Positions 20,888-31,916 of a stretch of 64,000 bases of DNA are shown here, piece after piece. The position numbers and the translations under genes were made by a program. This DNA is from an uncultured Alphaproteobacteria bacterium. Its GTDB lineage: Bacteria > Pseudomonadota > Alphaproteobacteria > CAAHEQ01 > UBA3637. How positions within the stretch are numbered: position 1 is the stretch's first letter; every line of letters begins with the position of its first letter. The stretch is taken from positions 6,919 to 70,918 of the forward strand of contig CALXUB010000019.1 in the NCBI GenBank assembly GCA_944391565.1, given 5' to 3'. Below the pieces are notes generated by a model that saw only the letters and a list, made by a program, of their open reading frames with translations, was not told the DNA's origin and did no database searches.

Positions 20888-21673
20888 TTACCATTTACCG
20901 GAGGCACCGCCGCCGCCGAAGTTTCCACCTCCGCCATGGAAACCTCCACCACCAAAGCTTCCACCGCCGTGAGAACCATGATTATTCCAGAAATCATCAT
21001 CTTTAAACCGATTACGTCGAGATTTTTTTTCTGAAGAATCTGTTTTAGACGGGTTAATTTTATTAGCATAGTAAATTAAAATACCCATCACGATAAAAAA
21101 GCCAAAAAACAAAAAAGGCTCAAAAGGACTTTCTTCTATTTTTAAGTTATTTATAAGACCAGAAGCCGAAGAAACCACTTTTCCGTTTTTTAAAGAAATT
21201 GACTTTTTACTGTTTAATACAGATAAAATTCCGTCAACTCCTTTTAAAATACCGGCATTCATATCTCCTTTTTTAAACTCAGGAATAATCATATTCTGAA
21301 TAATCATTGATGAAAAAGCATCTGTTAAAATGGACTCTCGACCATATCCCACCTCAATACGAACCAATCGTTCATTCGGTGCGACTAACAATAGGACACC
21401 ATCGTCTTTATCTTTATCTCCGATTCCCCAATAACGTCCTAATTGATATCCATATTCCTCTATCGACAACCCCTCCAAAGAAGGAACTGTCACAACAACA
21501 ATTTGTTCAGATGCCGGCAAAATCTGATGTATCTGATTAACCGTCTCAGGCGTTAAAATATGTGCAGCATCAACAACTTGTCCTGTTAATTTCGGAAAAC
21601 TCACGGCATATGAGGCTGTCCCGAAAAAGAGCGTCGCCACAAAAGCAAGACAGAAACAAAACTTTTTTATCAT
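20888..21673 (-). CDS. TPM-domain (YgcG/TLP18.3-like) protein with Gly-rich C-terminal tail
   Basis: 261 aa with a signal peptide. TPM phosphatase-like domain (…VVVTVPSLEGLSIEEY…). C-terminal GGGSFGGGGFHGGGGNFGGGG tail. Coupled to LemA upstream. Confidence 0.65.
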   Translation of the reverse strand: MIKKFCFCLAFVATLFFGTASYAVSFPKLTGQVVDAAHILTPETVNQIHQILPASEQIVVVTVPSLEGLSIEEYGYQLGRYWGIGDKDKDDGVLLLVAPNERLVRIEVGYGRESILTDAFSSMIIQNMIIPEFKKGDMNAGILKGVDGILSVLNSKKSISLKNGKVVSSASGLINNLKIEESPFEPFLFFGFFIVMGILIYYANKINPSKTDSSEKKSRRNRFKDDDFWNNHGSHGGGSFGGGGFHGGGGNFGGGGASGKW

Positions 21674-22269
21674 TTAGCAAAGTCAACAACAGGAACTTGT
21701 TGAGCCTCTTCTGAAATCATAAAGTTCTCTTTAGGTCCCAAATGACTAAACATTCTCAAAATCCAATTATTGGGAATTGTCCGATAGAAAACATTAAAAG
21801 ATTGAACAGATTCAATAAAATCTTTACGAGCAACCGCAATCCTATTTTCAGTTCCTTCTAACTGAGATTGAAGCGATAAAAAATTCTCGTTCGCTTTTAA
21901 ATCCGGATAACGCTCTGACACAGCCATCAAACGAGCCAAAGCGCTGCCCAATTCCGTCTGAGCACTGTTAAAAGCCTGCATTGCAGACGGATTATTCAAT
22001 AAATCAGAATCGACCGTTACCTGTGTTGCTCGTGCTCGCGCCGCAATAACAGCTTCCAATGTTTCACTTTCATGTTCTGCATATCCTTTGACCGTTGCAA
22101 CCAAGTTTGGAATTAAATCCGAACGACGTTGATAATTGTTTAATACCTGTGACCATGAAGCATTAACACTTTCATCCATTTGAACACCGGTATTTAAAAC
22201 AGAAATAACTTTTGAAACGGCCCAACCGATCAGCACGACGAAGACGAGCAAAATAATCCATTTTTTCAT
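21670..22269 (-). CDS. LemA family protein
   Basis: Track ORF 21670..22317. Start MKKWIILLV at 22269, with an AGGAGA RBS. LemA architecture with an N-terminal transmembrane segment. The LemA-TPM pair is conserved. Confidence 0.75.
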   Translation of the reverse strand: MKKWIILLVFVVLIGWAVSKVISVLNTGVQMDESVNASWSQVLNNYQRRSDLIPNLVATVKGYAEHESETLEAVIAARARATQVTVDSDLLNNPSAMQAFNSAQTELGSALARLMAVSERYPDLKANENFLSLQSQLEGTENRIAVARKDFIESVQSFNVFYRTIPNNWILRMFSHLGPKENFMISEEAQQVPVVDFAK

Positions 22270-22329
22270 TTGTTTCTCCTTCTGATTTAAATATTTTTTA
22301 CAATAAACAATAAACAAAAAAAACGCAAG

Positions 22330-24603
22330 TTAAACTTCGCTCACGAAACGGGCTAAAATTTTTTTACGCCCCAAACGATCAAAGCTGACCTCTAATTTTT
22401 CACCCTCTTCAGCTAAAACGGTTCCATAGCCGAATTTTTCGTGAAAAACACGCTTGCCTATTCTTTTTTTAGAACTTGTTTGTCCCCACACAAAGCTGGG
22501 AGGAATTTCAGAACTTTCCTCTTCTTGCCATGAAGAATTCGAACGTCCCCATTCATAGGTTTCTTCTCGCCAAGATTGATATGTGGGTTTGGTGGACCAT
22601 GTGCTTCGTTTCAAACCCCTTTCCGAGGCCATCTGAATATGCTCCGGCGGAAGCTCATCAATAAATCGTGAAGGAAGAGAATTTTGCCATTGACCATACA
22701 CCCGACGATTAGAAGCAAAAGAAATAAAAGCTTTTTTACGCGCCCGCGTCATCCCGACATAAGCCAGTCGACGTTCTTCTTCCAAAGCTTCTTTGCCGCC
22801 TTCATCCAAAGACCGGGCATGAGGAAACAAACCTTCCTCCCATCCGGGCAAAAAGACAACGTTAAACTCCAGTCCCTTTGACGCATGCAGTGTCATCACG
22901 GTCAGCAAATCCTGTTCCACTTCTTTATCCGTATCCATCACTAAACTGGCATGCTCGATAAATGCGTCCAAAGTTTGATAATCGCCGTTCATCACATTCA
23001 GCAATTCCTTCAAGTTTTCCAGTCGACCTTCGGCCTCCAAAGATTTATCCGTCCGCCACATTTGATAATAGCCGGATTCTTCCAAAACCATGGAGGTCAC
23101 TTTGGACAACGGCAATGTTTGCAGTGCTTCTTTCCATCGCAAAACATTGTCCTTAAACAACACCAAAGTTGATTTAGCCTGCCCCTTTAAAGGCGCCGTA
23201 TCTATGGCTTGGAACAAAGAAATATGCAAAGCATTCGCTTCGTTTTGCAGCGCTTCAAGAGCAGCGGCACCCACCCCGCGGCGCGGCTTGTTCACAATTC
23301 GTTGAAACGCCAAATCATCGCTTTGGTTTGCCAAAAGACGCAGATAAGCGACAGCATCCTTAATTTCCTCACGTTCATAGAACTTAAAGTCACCGATAAC
23401 CTGATACGGTACACCGGCCCGAATCAATGCTTCTTCAAACTCACGGGTTTGAAAGCCGGCTCGCACCAAAACCGCAATTTCGTTCAAAGGTTCTTTCCCG
23501 CGCATTTCGTCTTCGATACAAGCGACAATCTGTTCAGCCTCATCTTTACCGTTCCAATATCCCTTGACCTGAACTTTTTGGCCCGATCCGTCTCGCCCCG
23601 GCGCAACACGCAAGGTTTTCCCCAATCGTTCCTGATTGTTAGCAATCAATGCTGATGCAGCCCCTAAAATATGCGCCGTCGAACGATAATTGCTTTCCAA
23701 ACGAATAACCTTTGCGTCCGGGAAATCCTTTGTAAAACGAAGGATATTTTCCACTTCGGCCCCACGCCAGGAATAAATTGACTGATCATCATCGCCGACG
23801 CAGCAAATATTATTAGACCCCATTGCCAACAAACGCAGCCACAAATACTGAGCCACGTTCGTATCCTGATATTCATCCACCAAAATATACTTAAACTGTT
23901 TTTGATAAAAACCGGCAATGTCAGGGCGAAGCTTAAAAATCTCCAACGGCAACAACAGCAGATCCCCAAAATCCACAGCGTTTAATTCTTTTAACCGATC
24001 CTGATACATTTTGTAAAACCCAAGAGCGCGTCCATACAAAAATCCCGTATCTTCTTTGGGTGTCACCATTTGCGGAGATAATCCTCGATCTTTCCAGCGC
24101 TGAATGACGCCCAACAGACCGGCAGGCGTCCATTGTTTGATATCCACGTCGTTTGCCAACATCAGCTGTTTCAGCAAACGTTCCTGATCATCAGCACCCA
24201 AGATGATAAAATCTTTTTCCAGACCGGCAACCGAAAAATGCTGACGCAGTATCCGAAGACCCAACCGGTGGAAAGTACCCAGCCATACCGAAGCCGCATC
24301 CGAACCGATCATACTTTCCAATCGTGCCTGCATTTCCCGCGCGGCTTTGTTTGTAAAGGTGACTGCCAAACATTGCCATGGTTTTGCCAGCCCTTCATCA
24401 ATAATATGAGCCAACCGTGTCGTCAGCACCCGTGTTTTCCCCGTTCCGGCGCCCGATAAGACCAGCACGGGTCCTTCGGTTGTCAAAACAGCTTCTTTTT
24501 GTTCAGGATTTAATGAAGTGATATATGGCGCCTCAGCCGACGGTTTCGGCTCTGTTGGTGCATCAACCAAAAATGCGTCAGCCAAATCAAACGGGTTTGT
24601 CAT
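22330..24603 (-). CDS. uvrD: UvrD/Rep/PcrA-family ATP-dependent DNA helicase
   Basis: 757 aa with Walker A (GAGTGKTRVLTTR) and SF1 helicase motifs. Confidence 0.8.
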   Translation of the reverse strand: MTNPFDLADAFLVDAPTEPKPSAEAPYITSLNPEQKEAVLTTEGPVLVLSGAGTGKTRVLTTRLAHIIDEGLAKPWQCLAVTFTNKAAREMQARLESMIGSDAASVWLGTFHRLGLRILRQHFSVAGLEKDFIILGADDQERLLKQLMLANDVDIKQWTPAGLLGVIQRWKDRGLSPQMVTPKEDTGFLYGRALGFYKMYQDRLKELNAVDFGDLLLLPLEIFKLRPDIAGFYQKQFKYILVDEYQDTNVAQYLWLRLLAMGSNNICCVGDDDQSIYSWRGAEVENILRFTKDFPDAKVIRLESNYRSTAHILGAASALIANNQERLGKTLRVAPGRDGSGQKVQVKGYWNGKDEAEQIVACIEDEMRGKEPLNEIAVLVRAGFQTREFEEALIRAGVPYQVIGDFKFYEREEIKDAVAYLRLLANQSDDLAFQRIVNKPRRGVGAAALEALQNEANALHISLFQAIDTAPLKGQAKSTLVLFKDNVLRWKEALQTLPLSKVTSMVLEESGYYQMWRTDKSLEAEGRLENLKELLNVMNGDYQTLDAFIEHASLVMDTDKEVEQDLLTVMTLHASKGLEFNVVFLPGWEEGLFPHARSLDEGGKEALEEERRLAYVGMTRARKKAFISFASNRRVYGQWQNSLPSRFIDELPPEHIQMASERGLKRSTWSTKPTYQSWREETYEWGRSNSSWQEEESSEIPPSFVWGQTSSKKRIGKRVFHEKFGYGTVLAEEGEKLEVSFDRLGRKKILARFVSEV

Positions 24604-24670
24604 CTTGTTTCCTTTTTGTTCTTTGGAAGCAGTCTACTCGCTTCATTTAAAATGTCAAGGAATAAGTTTG

Positions 24671-25360
24671 TCAGAGTTTCAGCAAACGCCGAACCGTTTC
24701 ATGGGCCAGCAACAATCCGAAGGTGCCCGTCACCGTCACCAAGCTGCCCATCTCACGACCCGGTGCCACGGCATCAGCAGCCGGTTCTTCGGAATAGACG
24801 CAGGGAAAATCCAATGGGATGCCTTTAGCCCTTAATTTTTTACGCAGCCGTGCCGCCAACGGACAACCGCTTGTTTGATCCATCCGACCGACGTTAATTT
24901 TGCTCAAATCCATCCGCCGCGCCGCCCCCATCGATGAGATAAACGAAAGACCTTGAGCTTTACAATACGCAATCAAAGCCGTCTTCCCTTCAACGTCATC
25001 AATGGCATCTATCACGAAATCCGTTTCACTTAACAGACGGGCCGCATTCTCTGCGGTTAGTTTTTCATCAAAAGCATCTACTAAAATATCGGCGGAAATA
25101 TCTTTGATCCGTGCCGATGCCACATCCGTTTTTTTGCGTCCCAAAGTAGAAGTTAATGCAAACAGCTGGCGATTGATATTACTCAGTGCAATTTGATCAA
25201 AATCAATGATTTTTAAATGACCGATACCGGCCCGAGCCAAAGCTTCAATCGCAAAGCTCCCTACTGCGCCGCAACCGACCACCGTCACGCGCGACCGACG
25301 AAGCCGCGCCACATTTTCATCCCCGAGCAACTGACGAGTTCGCATCAATCTATCTTCCAT
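24671..25360 (-). CDS. tcdA: ThiF/MoeB-family E1-like protein, TcdA/CsdL-like (tRNA t6A dehydratase)
   Basis: About 230 aa. Nucleotide-binding GCGAVGS followed by ...IIDFDQIALSNINRQ, resembling TcdA. The start is uncertain: the track gives 25384, which overlaps tatD. Confidence 0.6.
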   Translation of the reverse strand: MEDRLMRTRQLLGDENVARLRRSRVTVVGCGAVGSFAIEALARAGIGHLKIIDFDQIALSNINRQLFALTSTLGRKKTDVASARIKDISADILVDAFDEKLTAENAARLLSETDFVIDAIDDVEGKTALIAYCKAQGLSFISSMGAARRMDLSKINVGRMDQTSGCPLAARLRKKLRAKGIPLDFPCVYSEEPAADAVAPGREMGSLVTVTGTFGLLLAHETVRRLLKL

Positions 25361-26102
25361 GGCTAATCCTTTGCGCGTTTTCATATAAAGCGTGAGCTAA
25401 AACAGCCTCGTCCTGCTCCCGCACAACCGCCATTTTTTTGACAAGCTCCGGAATGGCGGACGGTTCCGGCGCCAAATCCGGACAATCGCTTTCAACCAAC
25501 AACCGATCCAACGGCGTTGCTTTTAAACAAGCCTGTACCTTTTGTCTGTTCGACGGCACAAAAATGGCGGAATAACTTAAATATGCACCCATGTCTATCA
25601 ACTGAGGCACCCAAGTCGCATTGCCGTGATGTGAATGCGAAACAAAAAAATCAGGCCGTTTGTTTCTTTTCAAAATATGCAAAATCCGGTCCCATGCTCG
25701 CACACAATGCATATGAAAGGGCCGATTATACCGAGCAGCCAAATCCATCTGAACACGCATAACCCGTTCCTGATGATCCAACGATGAAACAGTGGGATCC
25801 GCGTCTGCCTTGATTTTATCCAATCCGATTTCCCCCACCAAAAGAGACGGATGGGCTTTTAAAAGCGTTTCCATACGAGTTTCCCAGCCTTTTTCCAACG
25901 TTGCCAAAAACCAAGGATGCACGCCGATCCCCGCACGGACGTTCGGATGAGTCTTTGCTATATCCAAGACTTTTTGCCAATCCCCTTCGTGTGTCGCCAA
26001 ACACATAAAATCCGTCACACCGGCCGCTTGAGCACGTTTTAAAATCGCTGACAGATCAGTCATATTTTGCAAATGTGTATGCGCATCGAAATAAAGAAGC
26101 AT
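25350..26102 (-). CDS. TatD-family metal-dependent hydrolase
   Basis: 250 aa with the N-terminal DAHTHL histidine motif typical of TatD DNases. Confidence 0.75.
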   Translation of the reverse strand: MLLYFDAHTHLQNMTDLSAILKRAQAAGVTDFMCLATHEGDWQKVLDIAKTHPNVRAGIGVHPWFLATLEKGWETRMETLLKAHPSLLVGEIGLDKIKADADPTVSSLDHQERVMRVQMDLAARYNRPFHMHCVRAWDRILHILKRNKRPDFFVSHSHHGNATWVPQLIDMGAYLSYSAIFVPSNRQKVQACLKATPLDRLLVESDCPDLAPEPSAIPELVKKMAVVREQDEAVLAHALYENAQRISHGR

Positions 26103-26189
26103 TTTCCTTTCCTTTTTCCATTTATTTTATACTTTTCGATTGCTTTTTTCAAGCCATAAAAATAAACTAAACAAAAAGGATGAAAAGCC

Positions 26190-27656
26190 ATGCGACAACG
26201 GTTGATTTTTTTTACATGCTGTATGATGACCTTGATTTTCGGGGCATTGATGCTTATTCCCGGTTTTGTTGATTTGCAAACAGACAACGAAATTTCGGCG
26301 CAATGCTTTTTTATTTGCGGCACGTTTACGATTTTAATCGGAGCGCTGGGTGCATTGCTTTCTTATCAACCGTTTGAAGAAAAACCGCGCGTCAAAGAAA
26401 TGTTTGCTTTAACTTCGCTGATTTGGATGACGATGTCTTTTATCGGTGCTTTACCGCTTTATTTTTCAGGCTTTTCCATTTCATTCACGGATGCGTTTTT
26501 TGAAAGCGTTTCGGGTTTTACCTCCACCGGTGCAACAATTTTGACGAATTTGGAAAGCTATCCTAAAGGACTTTTGTTGTGGCGCGCCATGACGCAGTGG
26601 GTGGGCGGACTGGGGATTATTATTTTAGCGATTGCTATTTTACCTATGCTTCAAATCGGCGGCATGCAGCTGTTCGCAACGGAGAATTCCGACACTTCCG
26701 GCAAAAATGCGCCCTTCATCGCCACACAAATGAAAAATATTATCTTACTTTACCTGGCCCTGTCCTTCGTCTGTGCTTTCTGTTTATACATAGCCGGCAT
26801 GAGCCCCTTCGACGCCGCAGCCCATATGATGGCCGCCGTTTCAACGGGAGGTTTTTCCACATATGACACCTCCATCGGACATTTTTCGGGAAATCAAGCC
26901 ATTTTATGGATTTTAACTTTTTTTATGACCATCAGCTCTCTGCCGCTTGTTTTCACGCTGGCTCTTTTGAGCGGTCATTGGGAAAAAGTGAAAAACGATA
27001 CACAGGTTAAATTTTTTTTGGGTTTGCTGATCGTTCTGATTATTCCGATTGCCATCGGAATGCAATGGCTGTTGCCGGCTTTTCAAAACCTTGGACAAAC
27101 CCTCGGTATCTTTGCTTTTCAAACTGTTTCCATTATTTCCACAACCGGCTTTGTATACGAAGATTATACTGCCTGGGGACCGTTCTTTGTGACTTTCTTT
27201 TTATTTTTAACGGCAATCGGCGGATGCACGGGGTCAACGGCCGGCGGAATTAAAATCTTTCGTTTTGCCATTCTATTCAAAATGCTGCGCCGACATTTAC
27301 AGCTGATGTTAACACCGCATGCCGTTATTATTCCGCGCTATAATGACAAACCCGTCACGGAAAATATCATAATCGGCGTGACGGCTTTTTTAACGCTTTT
27401 TTTAACTGTTGCCGTTTTTTCCACATTGATTTTATCATTGACGGGATTGGATTTCATCACGTCTTTTTCGGCTTCCTTGACTTGTTTGTCCAACGTCGGT
27501 CCGGGGATCGGTTCTTTGATCGGTCCGGATCAAACTTTTGCTGTTTTGCCGGATACGGCGAAATGGGTCTTGTCAGCCGTCATGATTTTAGGTCGTTTGG
27601 AAATGATGACCATTATTGTTTTGTTTTTACCCGCTTTATGGAAAAGGAGGAGCTAA
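26190..27656 (+). CDS. trkH: Trk-type potassium uptake protein TrkH
   Basis: 488 aa polytopic protein with repeated selectivity-filter-like GFSTTGA/GGCTGSTAGG motifs, characteristic of the TrkH/KtrB family. Confidence 0.8.
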   Translation: MRQRLIFFTCCMMTLIFGALMLIPGFVDLQTDNEISAQCFFICGTFTILIGALGALLSYQPFEEKPRVKEMFALTSLIWMTMSFIGALPLYFSGFSISFTDAFFESVSGFTSTGATILTNLESYPKGLLLWRAMTQWVGGLGIIILAIAILPMLQIGGMQLFATENSDTSGKNAPFIATQMKNIILLYLALSFVCAFCLYIAGMSPFDAAAHMMAAVSTGGFSTYDTSIGHFSGNQAILWILTFFMTISSLPLVFTLALLSGHWEKVKNDTQVKFFLGLLIVLIIPIAIGMQWLLPAFQNLGQTLGIFAFQTVSIISTTGFVYEDYTAWGPFFVTFFLFLTAIGGCTGSTAGGIKIFRFAILFKMLRRHLQLMLTPHAVIIPRYNDKPVTENIIIGVTAFLTLFLTVAVFSTLILSLTGLDFITSFSASLTCLSNVGPGIGSLIGPDQTFAVLPDTAKWVLSAVMILGRLEMMTIIVLFLPALWKRRS

Positions 27657-27895
27657 TGGGATTTTTGGAAGATGCACAAAAGTTTATGCAGACACATCAG
27701 CCGCAAGCGCCGAAAACAAGAACGCTTCGAACGTCCGCCGATTGCGAAGTGTTGATAAAGGAATTAAAAAGTCTGTATGAAAACGCGACAAATGCAGAAA
27801 TTGAACGTGCTGTCGAAGCAGCCCGAACGCGTTTCGGAGATGAGCCCGAAGAAAAAGAACTGATGACTTTTTTGCGCGTTAAACTGGAAGATTAA
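27656..27895 (+). CDS. small hypothetical protein (79 aa)
   Basis: ATG overlaps the trkH stop (TAATGG) behind an AAGGAGGAG RBS. The track ORF 27482..27895 is an in-frame 5' extension into trkH, which I rejected. Confidence 0.45.
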   Translation: MGFLEDAQKFMQTHQPQAPKTRTLRTSADCEVLIKELKSLYENATNAEIERAVEAARTRFGDEPEEKELMTFLRVKLED

Positions 27896-27970
27896 CAAAA
27901 GCCGTTTACGAAATGTTAAACATCCTCTTTTATCATCAAAATGATATATCATATTGAAAAGGAGCCTTTC

Positions 27971-30900
27971 ATGAAAAAGTTGCTTATATTTATCCTTATT
28001 CTTTTTGGTTTGGCGGCGGGCGGTTTGTTTGCCGTTTACATGACTTTGGACGAAGAAAGTTATAAGGTTCAGATCATTGAAGCAACAAAAGAACTGACCG
28101 GCCGCGATATGACCGTCAACGGCACGGTTTCCATTAACTTGTTTCCAACCCCGACCATCACAATGTCGGACGTGGTCGTCAAAAACAAACCCGGCTTGGA
28201 TGCGCCGAACTTATTGACGATTAAACAAGTCGATGCTTCCGTCAAATGGGGCTCTTTGTTTGAAAACCCGCTGATTATTGAAAAAGTGACGCTGCACGAA
28301 CCGGAAATTTTTGTCGGTCGCGACAAAAACGGTATTCCGAACTGGGATTTCCCTTTTTTAATGGAGCGCGCCAAAGAAGGACAATCGGACGACCTGATCG
28401 GCCAGTCTATTTTGGATTTACCGCCGCAATTCAAAAATCTGGTGATTGAAAAAGGAACCTTGCATTATGCCAGCGCCGTTTCCGGTTTTACCTTAACGCT
28501 CCCGCAAGTAAACGGCCGACTGGAAAGCCAATCTATCAGCGGCCCCTTTAACTTCAAAGGAACATTCAACTGGAACAATTCTCCTGTTCAGGCAGTTTTA
28601 ACATCCGGAAAGATCTCCGGCAATCTGACAACGGATATTAAACTGACGTTGACGGATTCCAGCAAAGCTGTTTTAGGATTAACCGGAAAAATTGAAAACT
28701 TGGTTCGCAGTGCCGATATGACAGGCGGTTTTTCCTTTAATATTCCGCAGTTATCGCATTTTTTAACCAACGCCGTCGGTTATAAAGATTTACCGCCCAG
28801 TTTGGAAAAACCCATTGTCGGAACATCTACTTTTGTTTTTTCAAAAGATAAAGCCGAATTTAAAGATATTGCTTTGCGCTATGGAACAGAAGAGTTAGAA
28901 AACTCCTCTACGGGTACGGTCACCTTTACTTATCCGAATTTGCAAAACAAACTGACACGCGTTTATGTATCTTTACTTTTAAGCAAACTGGATGTAGACG
29001 CTTTCCGACCGCTCATTCCGTCTTCGGAAGAAATACAAACACGTATTTTAGGATGGAGCCGTAGCTTCAAGCATGAGTTGGATCTCACTTTAAAAGCCAA
29101 AGACTTGTCTTTCGGTGGTGACGTGTTGAAAGAAAGCAGCTTGCAGTTATTATTCCAGAATGGCGGATTGGAAGTCAAAGAGTTCAAAACAACGCTGCCC
29201 GGCGGCACGAACATTGTTGCGTCCGGATTGGTGGCGGTACAAGATAACAAACCGGTCGCCAAAATCACTTTCGGTGTTTCGGCTCCGGATCCCAAAAAAG
29301 CCGTCGAATGGTTCAAACTGCCGACCGATTCTTTTGTCACGTTGACTGGATTGGATAATGTAAAGCTTCAAGGTTCGATGGTTCTTCGGCCGACGGATAT
29401 CGCCTTTAACAACATCGAAGCTTCCTTGAACGACGGCAGCATTAAAGGAGCGGTAGCATTTTCCCTGACGGAACAAAAACCGACCGGCGTAGCAGAATTA
29501 ACACTCAAAAATATTAACCTTGACACTTACATTCCTTATACGGCACCGACAGAAAACAGAACTTTCGTAGCTCTGCTGACAGAGATGCGAGATGCTTTGC
29601 TGAACAGTGATATTTTGTCCAAGTTCGATTTTAAATTAAAATTAACCGGCAGCGATGTCACCTTCCGCAATATTCCGATCCGCAGTCTGATGTATGACGG
29701 TTTTGTCCGTTCCGGGGAATGGGTGACCTCCAAAATGACACTGTCGCAGGCAGCGACCGCCGATGTGGATTTAAGCGCTCGGATTCAACAGCTGCCGAAC
29801 CGTTCCATTTACGTGCAAAACCTGACTTATGATATTTCCATACCGAAAGCATCCGTTTTCCTGGATCGTGCCAAAATTACACCGCCGATACAAGGCGCAT
29901 TGAACCGCGTTTCGTTAAAAGGAACCGTATCCGGAACGTTGGACAGTTTAAAAGTCAATCTGGAAAATACTTTTTCTCAAGCACAGGTCAATGTCAACGG
30001 TACAATTGAAAACCTGACAAAAGAGCCTACTTATGCTTTGGCATTGGATTTAGCACATCCGAACTTCCAACAGTTCGTTAAACTCTTTAATCCGAATTTT
30101 AACCACCTGCGATCTTTAACGGGCGCCTTTACGTTCAAGTCTAATTTAAAAGGAACGGCCGAGGCTTTTTCGTTAATGCAAACTGAAACCATGATTGGTA
30201 ATCAGCGCTTGAAAGGAGACATGACCGTATCTTACCCGGACAACCGACCGACACTGAAAGGCAACGTGTCCACAAGCCTGTTGTATTTGGAAAAATTTAT
30301 CCCGCAAAAAAGTTTATTTCGTGGGGTTAATCCGCAAAATCGGAAAGCACAATTTTCAAATGATTTGTTGGATTTAAAAGATTTGGACAACCTGGATTTA
30401 GACATCAGCCTCACAACCGACAAACTGTTATTCGGCAATGTGGACATGGATTTAGTTTCCGCGCATTACACGTTAAAAGAAAACGTGCTGGCGATTGACA
30501 GCTTCAAAGGAACCCTCAACGGCGGCGCATTTAACATGACGGCACATTTGAACGCCAGCACGGCCGTTCCGATGCTGCGTGCGTCATTACAGGCGGAAGA
30601 CATGGCGTTGAGACCGGATGTTTTACGCTTGGGCTTATTCCGTTTAAAATCCGGATCGGCCAGTTTTTCTGCGGACTTGACAACACGCGGCAATTCCATT
30701 GAAGATATGGTGAAAGCCTTGTCCGCCACGGGCCGCTACTCCATTAAAAACGGTATCTTGTCCAGCTTAAATCTTAACACCTTTGAAAGAAGTGTCCAAG
30801 TGGTCGTCGCAAAAGGGACCGATACGGATGGCTTGGCCAATCGATTGAAAAAAGAAATAACAACCGGAGAAACGGCCTTTGAATCTCTGACCGGCAGCTA

Positions 30901-31816
30901 TGCCGTCACAAACGGTGTGGCCAGAACATCAGACACATTACTCCGTGCCGGTGATGCCAACGCTATTATTCAACTGAGTTTTGACATGCCGAACTGGACG
31001 ATTTTATCCTCTATGGGTTTGACAATGCAACCGTTTGCCGGCTTCCCACCTGTATCGATTGTGGTAAAAGGGTTAGCGAACGCCCCCGAAACGGAAATTG
31101 ATTTGGAACCCTTCATCAAATACATTTCGACAGCAGCAGCCGATGCGCAAAACGAGGCATTGCAGCAGGCTCGCGAAGCCGAACGGCAACAGGCGGAATT
31201 GGATGAAAAACAACGTCAGGAACGCGTAAAAGCGATTGCTGCCGAAACAGTAGCCGTTGTTGAAAAAGCTGAACGGATTATACAGTTGGCTCCTTCGCCC
31301 GAAGCCGAACATGAAATGATCCGTGCCAAAGACGCTTTGGCCGTTTTGCAGGAGCTGAGTTTAAAAGAAAATATCTCCGTTGCTGATTTACAAAAAATTG
31401 AAGAGCAAGGAGCATTGGCTGTTTCCCGCGCAACGGAAGCGCAAAAAGAAGCTGCTGAAAAAGCCACTACTGCCATGCGTCAACAAATGGCTGGTTTAGA
31501 AACGACGGCGCAAAGCCGCATGCATGCCATCAATCGCATTCACCAACGACTGCAGGGCGTGGATATGATCGAACAAGCCTATAAAAAAGGATTTTCGACA
31601 ATGACACTGATTCAACAGTTGAAAGCTTATGTAGATGAAGGCGGTGATTTGGCGCAAATGCAACAGGCAATGGCTCAAGCGGTTGATGCGGCCGAGATTA
31701 TGGAACTGACTTATGAAAGTGTTGCAAAATTCGACATGGAAGGCACAGCACCGGTCTCAAGCGGCACGACTTCAGGTTCCATCGTCCGCGGAACCATTAC
31801 CCGCCGCGGTATGTAA
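27971..31816 (+). CDS. AsmA-family outer-membrane biogenesis protein with Gln/Ala-rich coiled-coil C-terminus
   Basis: Track ORF 27941..31816. Probable start MKKLLIFILILFGLAAGGLFAVYM at 27971 (N-terminal transmembrane anchor). Roughly 1280 aa and AsmA-like. Confidence 0.7.
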   Translation: MKKLLIFILILFGLAAGGLFAVYMTLDEESYKVQIIEATKELTGRDMTVNGTVSINLFPTPTITMSDVVVKNKPGLDAPNLLTIKQVDASVKWGSLFENPLIIEKVTLHEPEIFVGRDKNGIPNWDFPFLMERAKEGQSDDLIGQSILDLPPQFKNLVIEKGTLHYASAVSGFTLTLPQVNGRLESQSISGPFNFKGTFNWNNSPVQAVLTSGKISGNLTTDIKLTLTDSSKAVLGLTGKIENLVRSADMTGGFSFNIPQLSHFLTNAVGYKDLPPSLEKPIVGTSTFVFSKDKAEFKDIALRYGTEELENSSTGTVTFTYPNLQNKLTRVYVSLLLSKLDVDAFRPLIPSSEEIQTRILGWSRSFKHELDLTLKAKDLSFGGDVLKESSLQLLFQNGGLEVKEFKTTLPGGTNIVASGLVAVQDNKPVAKITFGVSAPDPKKAVEWFKLPTDSFVTLTGLDNVKLQGSMVLRPTDIAFNNIEASLNDGSIKGAVAFSLTEQKPTGVAELTLKNINLDTYIPYTAPTENRTFVALLTEMRDALLNSDILSKFDFKLKLTGSDVTFRNIPIRSLMYDGFVRSGEWVTSKMTLSQAATADVDLSARIQQLPNRSIYVQNLTYDISIPKASVFLDRAKITPPIQGALNRVSLKGTVSGTLDSLKVNLENTFSQAQVNVNGTIENLTKEPTYALALDLAHPNFQQFVKLFNPNFNHLRSLTGAFTFKSNLKGTAEAFSLMQTETMIGNQRLKGDMTVSYPDNRPTLKGNVSTSLLYLEKFIPQKSLFRGVNPQNRKAQFSNDLLDLKDLDNLDLDISLTTDKLLFGNVDMDLVSAHYTLKENVLAIDSFKGTLNGGAFNMTAHLNASTAVPMLRASLQAEDMALRPDVLRLGLFRLKSGSASFSADLTTRGNSIEDMVKALSATGRYSIKNGILSSLNLNTFERSVQVVVAKGTDTDGLANRLKKEITTGETAFESLTGSYAVTNGVARTSDTLLRAGDANAIIQLSFDMPNWTILSSMGLTMQPFAGFPPVSIVVKGLANAPETEIDLEPFIKYISTAAADAQNEALQQAREAERQQAELDEKQRQERVKAIAAETVAVVEKAERIIQLAPSPEAEHEMIRAKDALAVLQELSLKENISVADLQKIEEQGALAVSRATEAQKEAAEKATTAMRQQMAGLETTAQSRMHAINRIHQRLQGVDMIEQAYKKGFSTMTLIQQLKAYVDEGGDLAQMQQAMAQAVDAAEIMELTYESVAKFDMEGTAPVSSGTTSGSIVRGTITRRGM

Positions 31817-31872
31817 AGTCCCAGTCACAAAAACCGGTACCGCGCGCTGCTGGTTTTTTATGATGGTATAAG

Positions 31873-31900
31873 AAAAAGCCCCTCAAATGAGGGGCTTTTA
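31873..31900. terminator. bidirectional rho-independent terminator between convergent asmA-like and PPIase genes
   Basis: The stem gcccctc-aaat-gaggggc is flanked by an A-run and a T-run (aaaagcccctcaaatgaggggctttt). Confidence 0.7.
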
Positions 31901-31916
31901 TCAAAAAAGACAAGCG

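Noticed and set aside
27482-27895. 137-aa version of the small gene after trkH
   Set aside because: The 5' extension overlaps the trkH coding end. The ATG at 27656, with a strong RBS and stop/start overlap, is more plausible.
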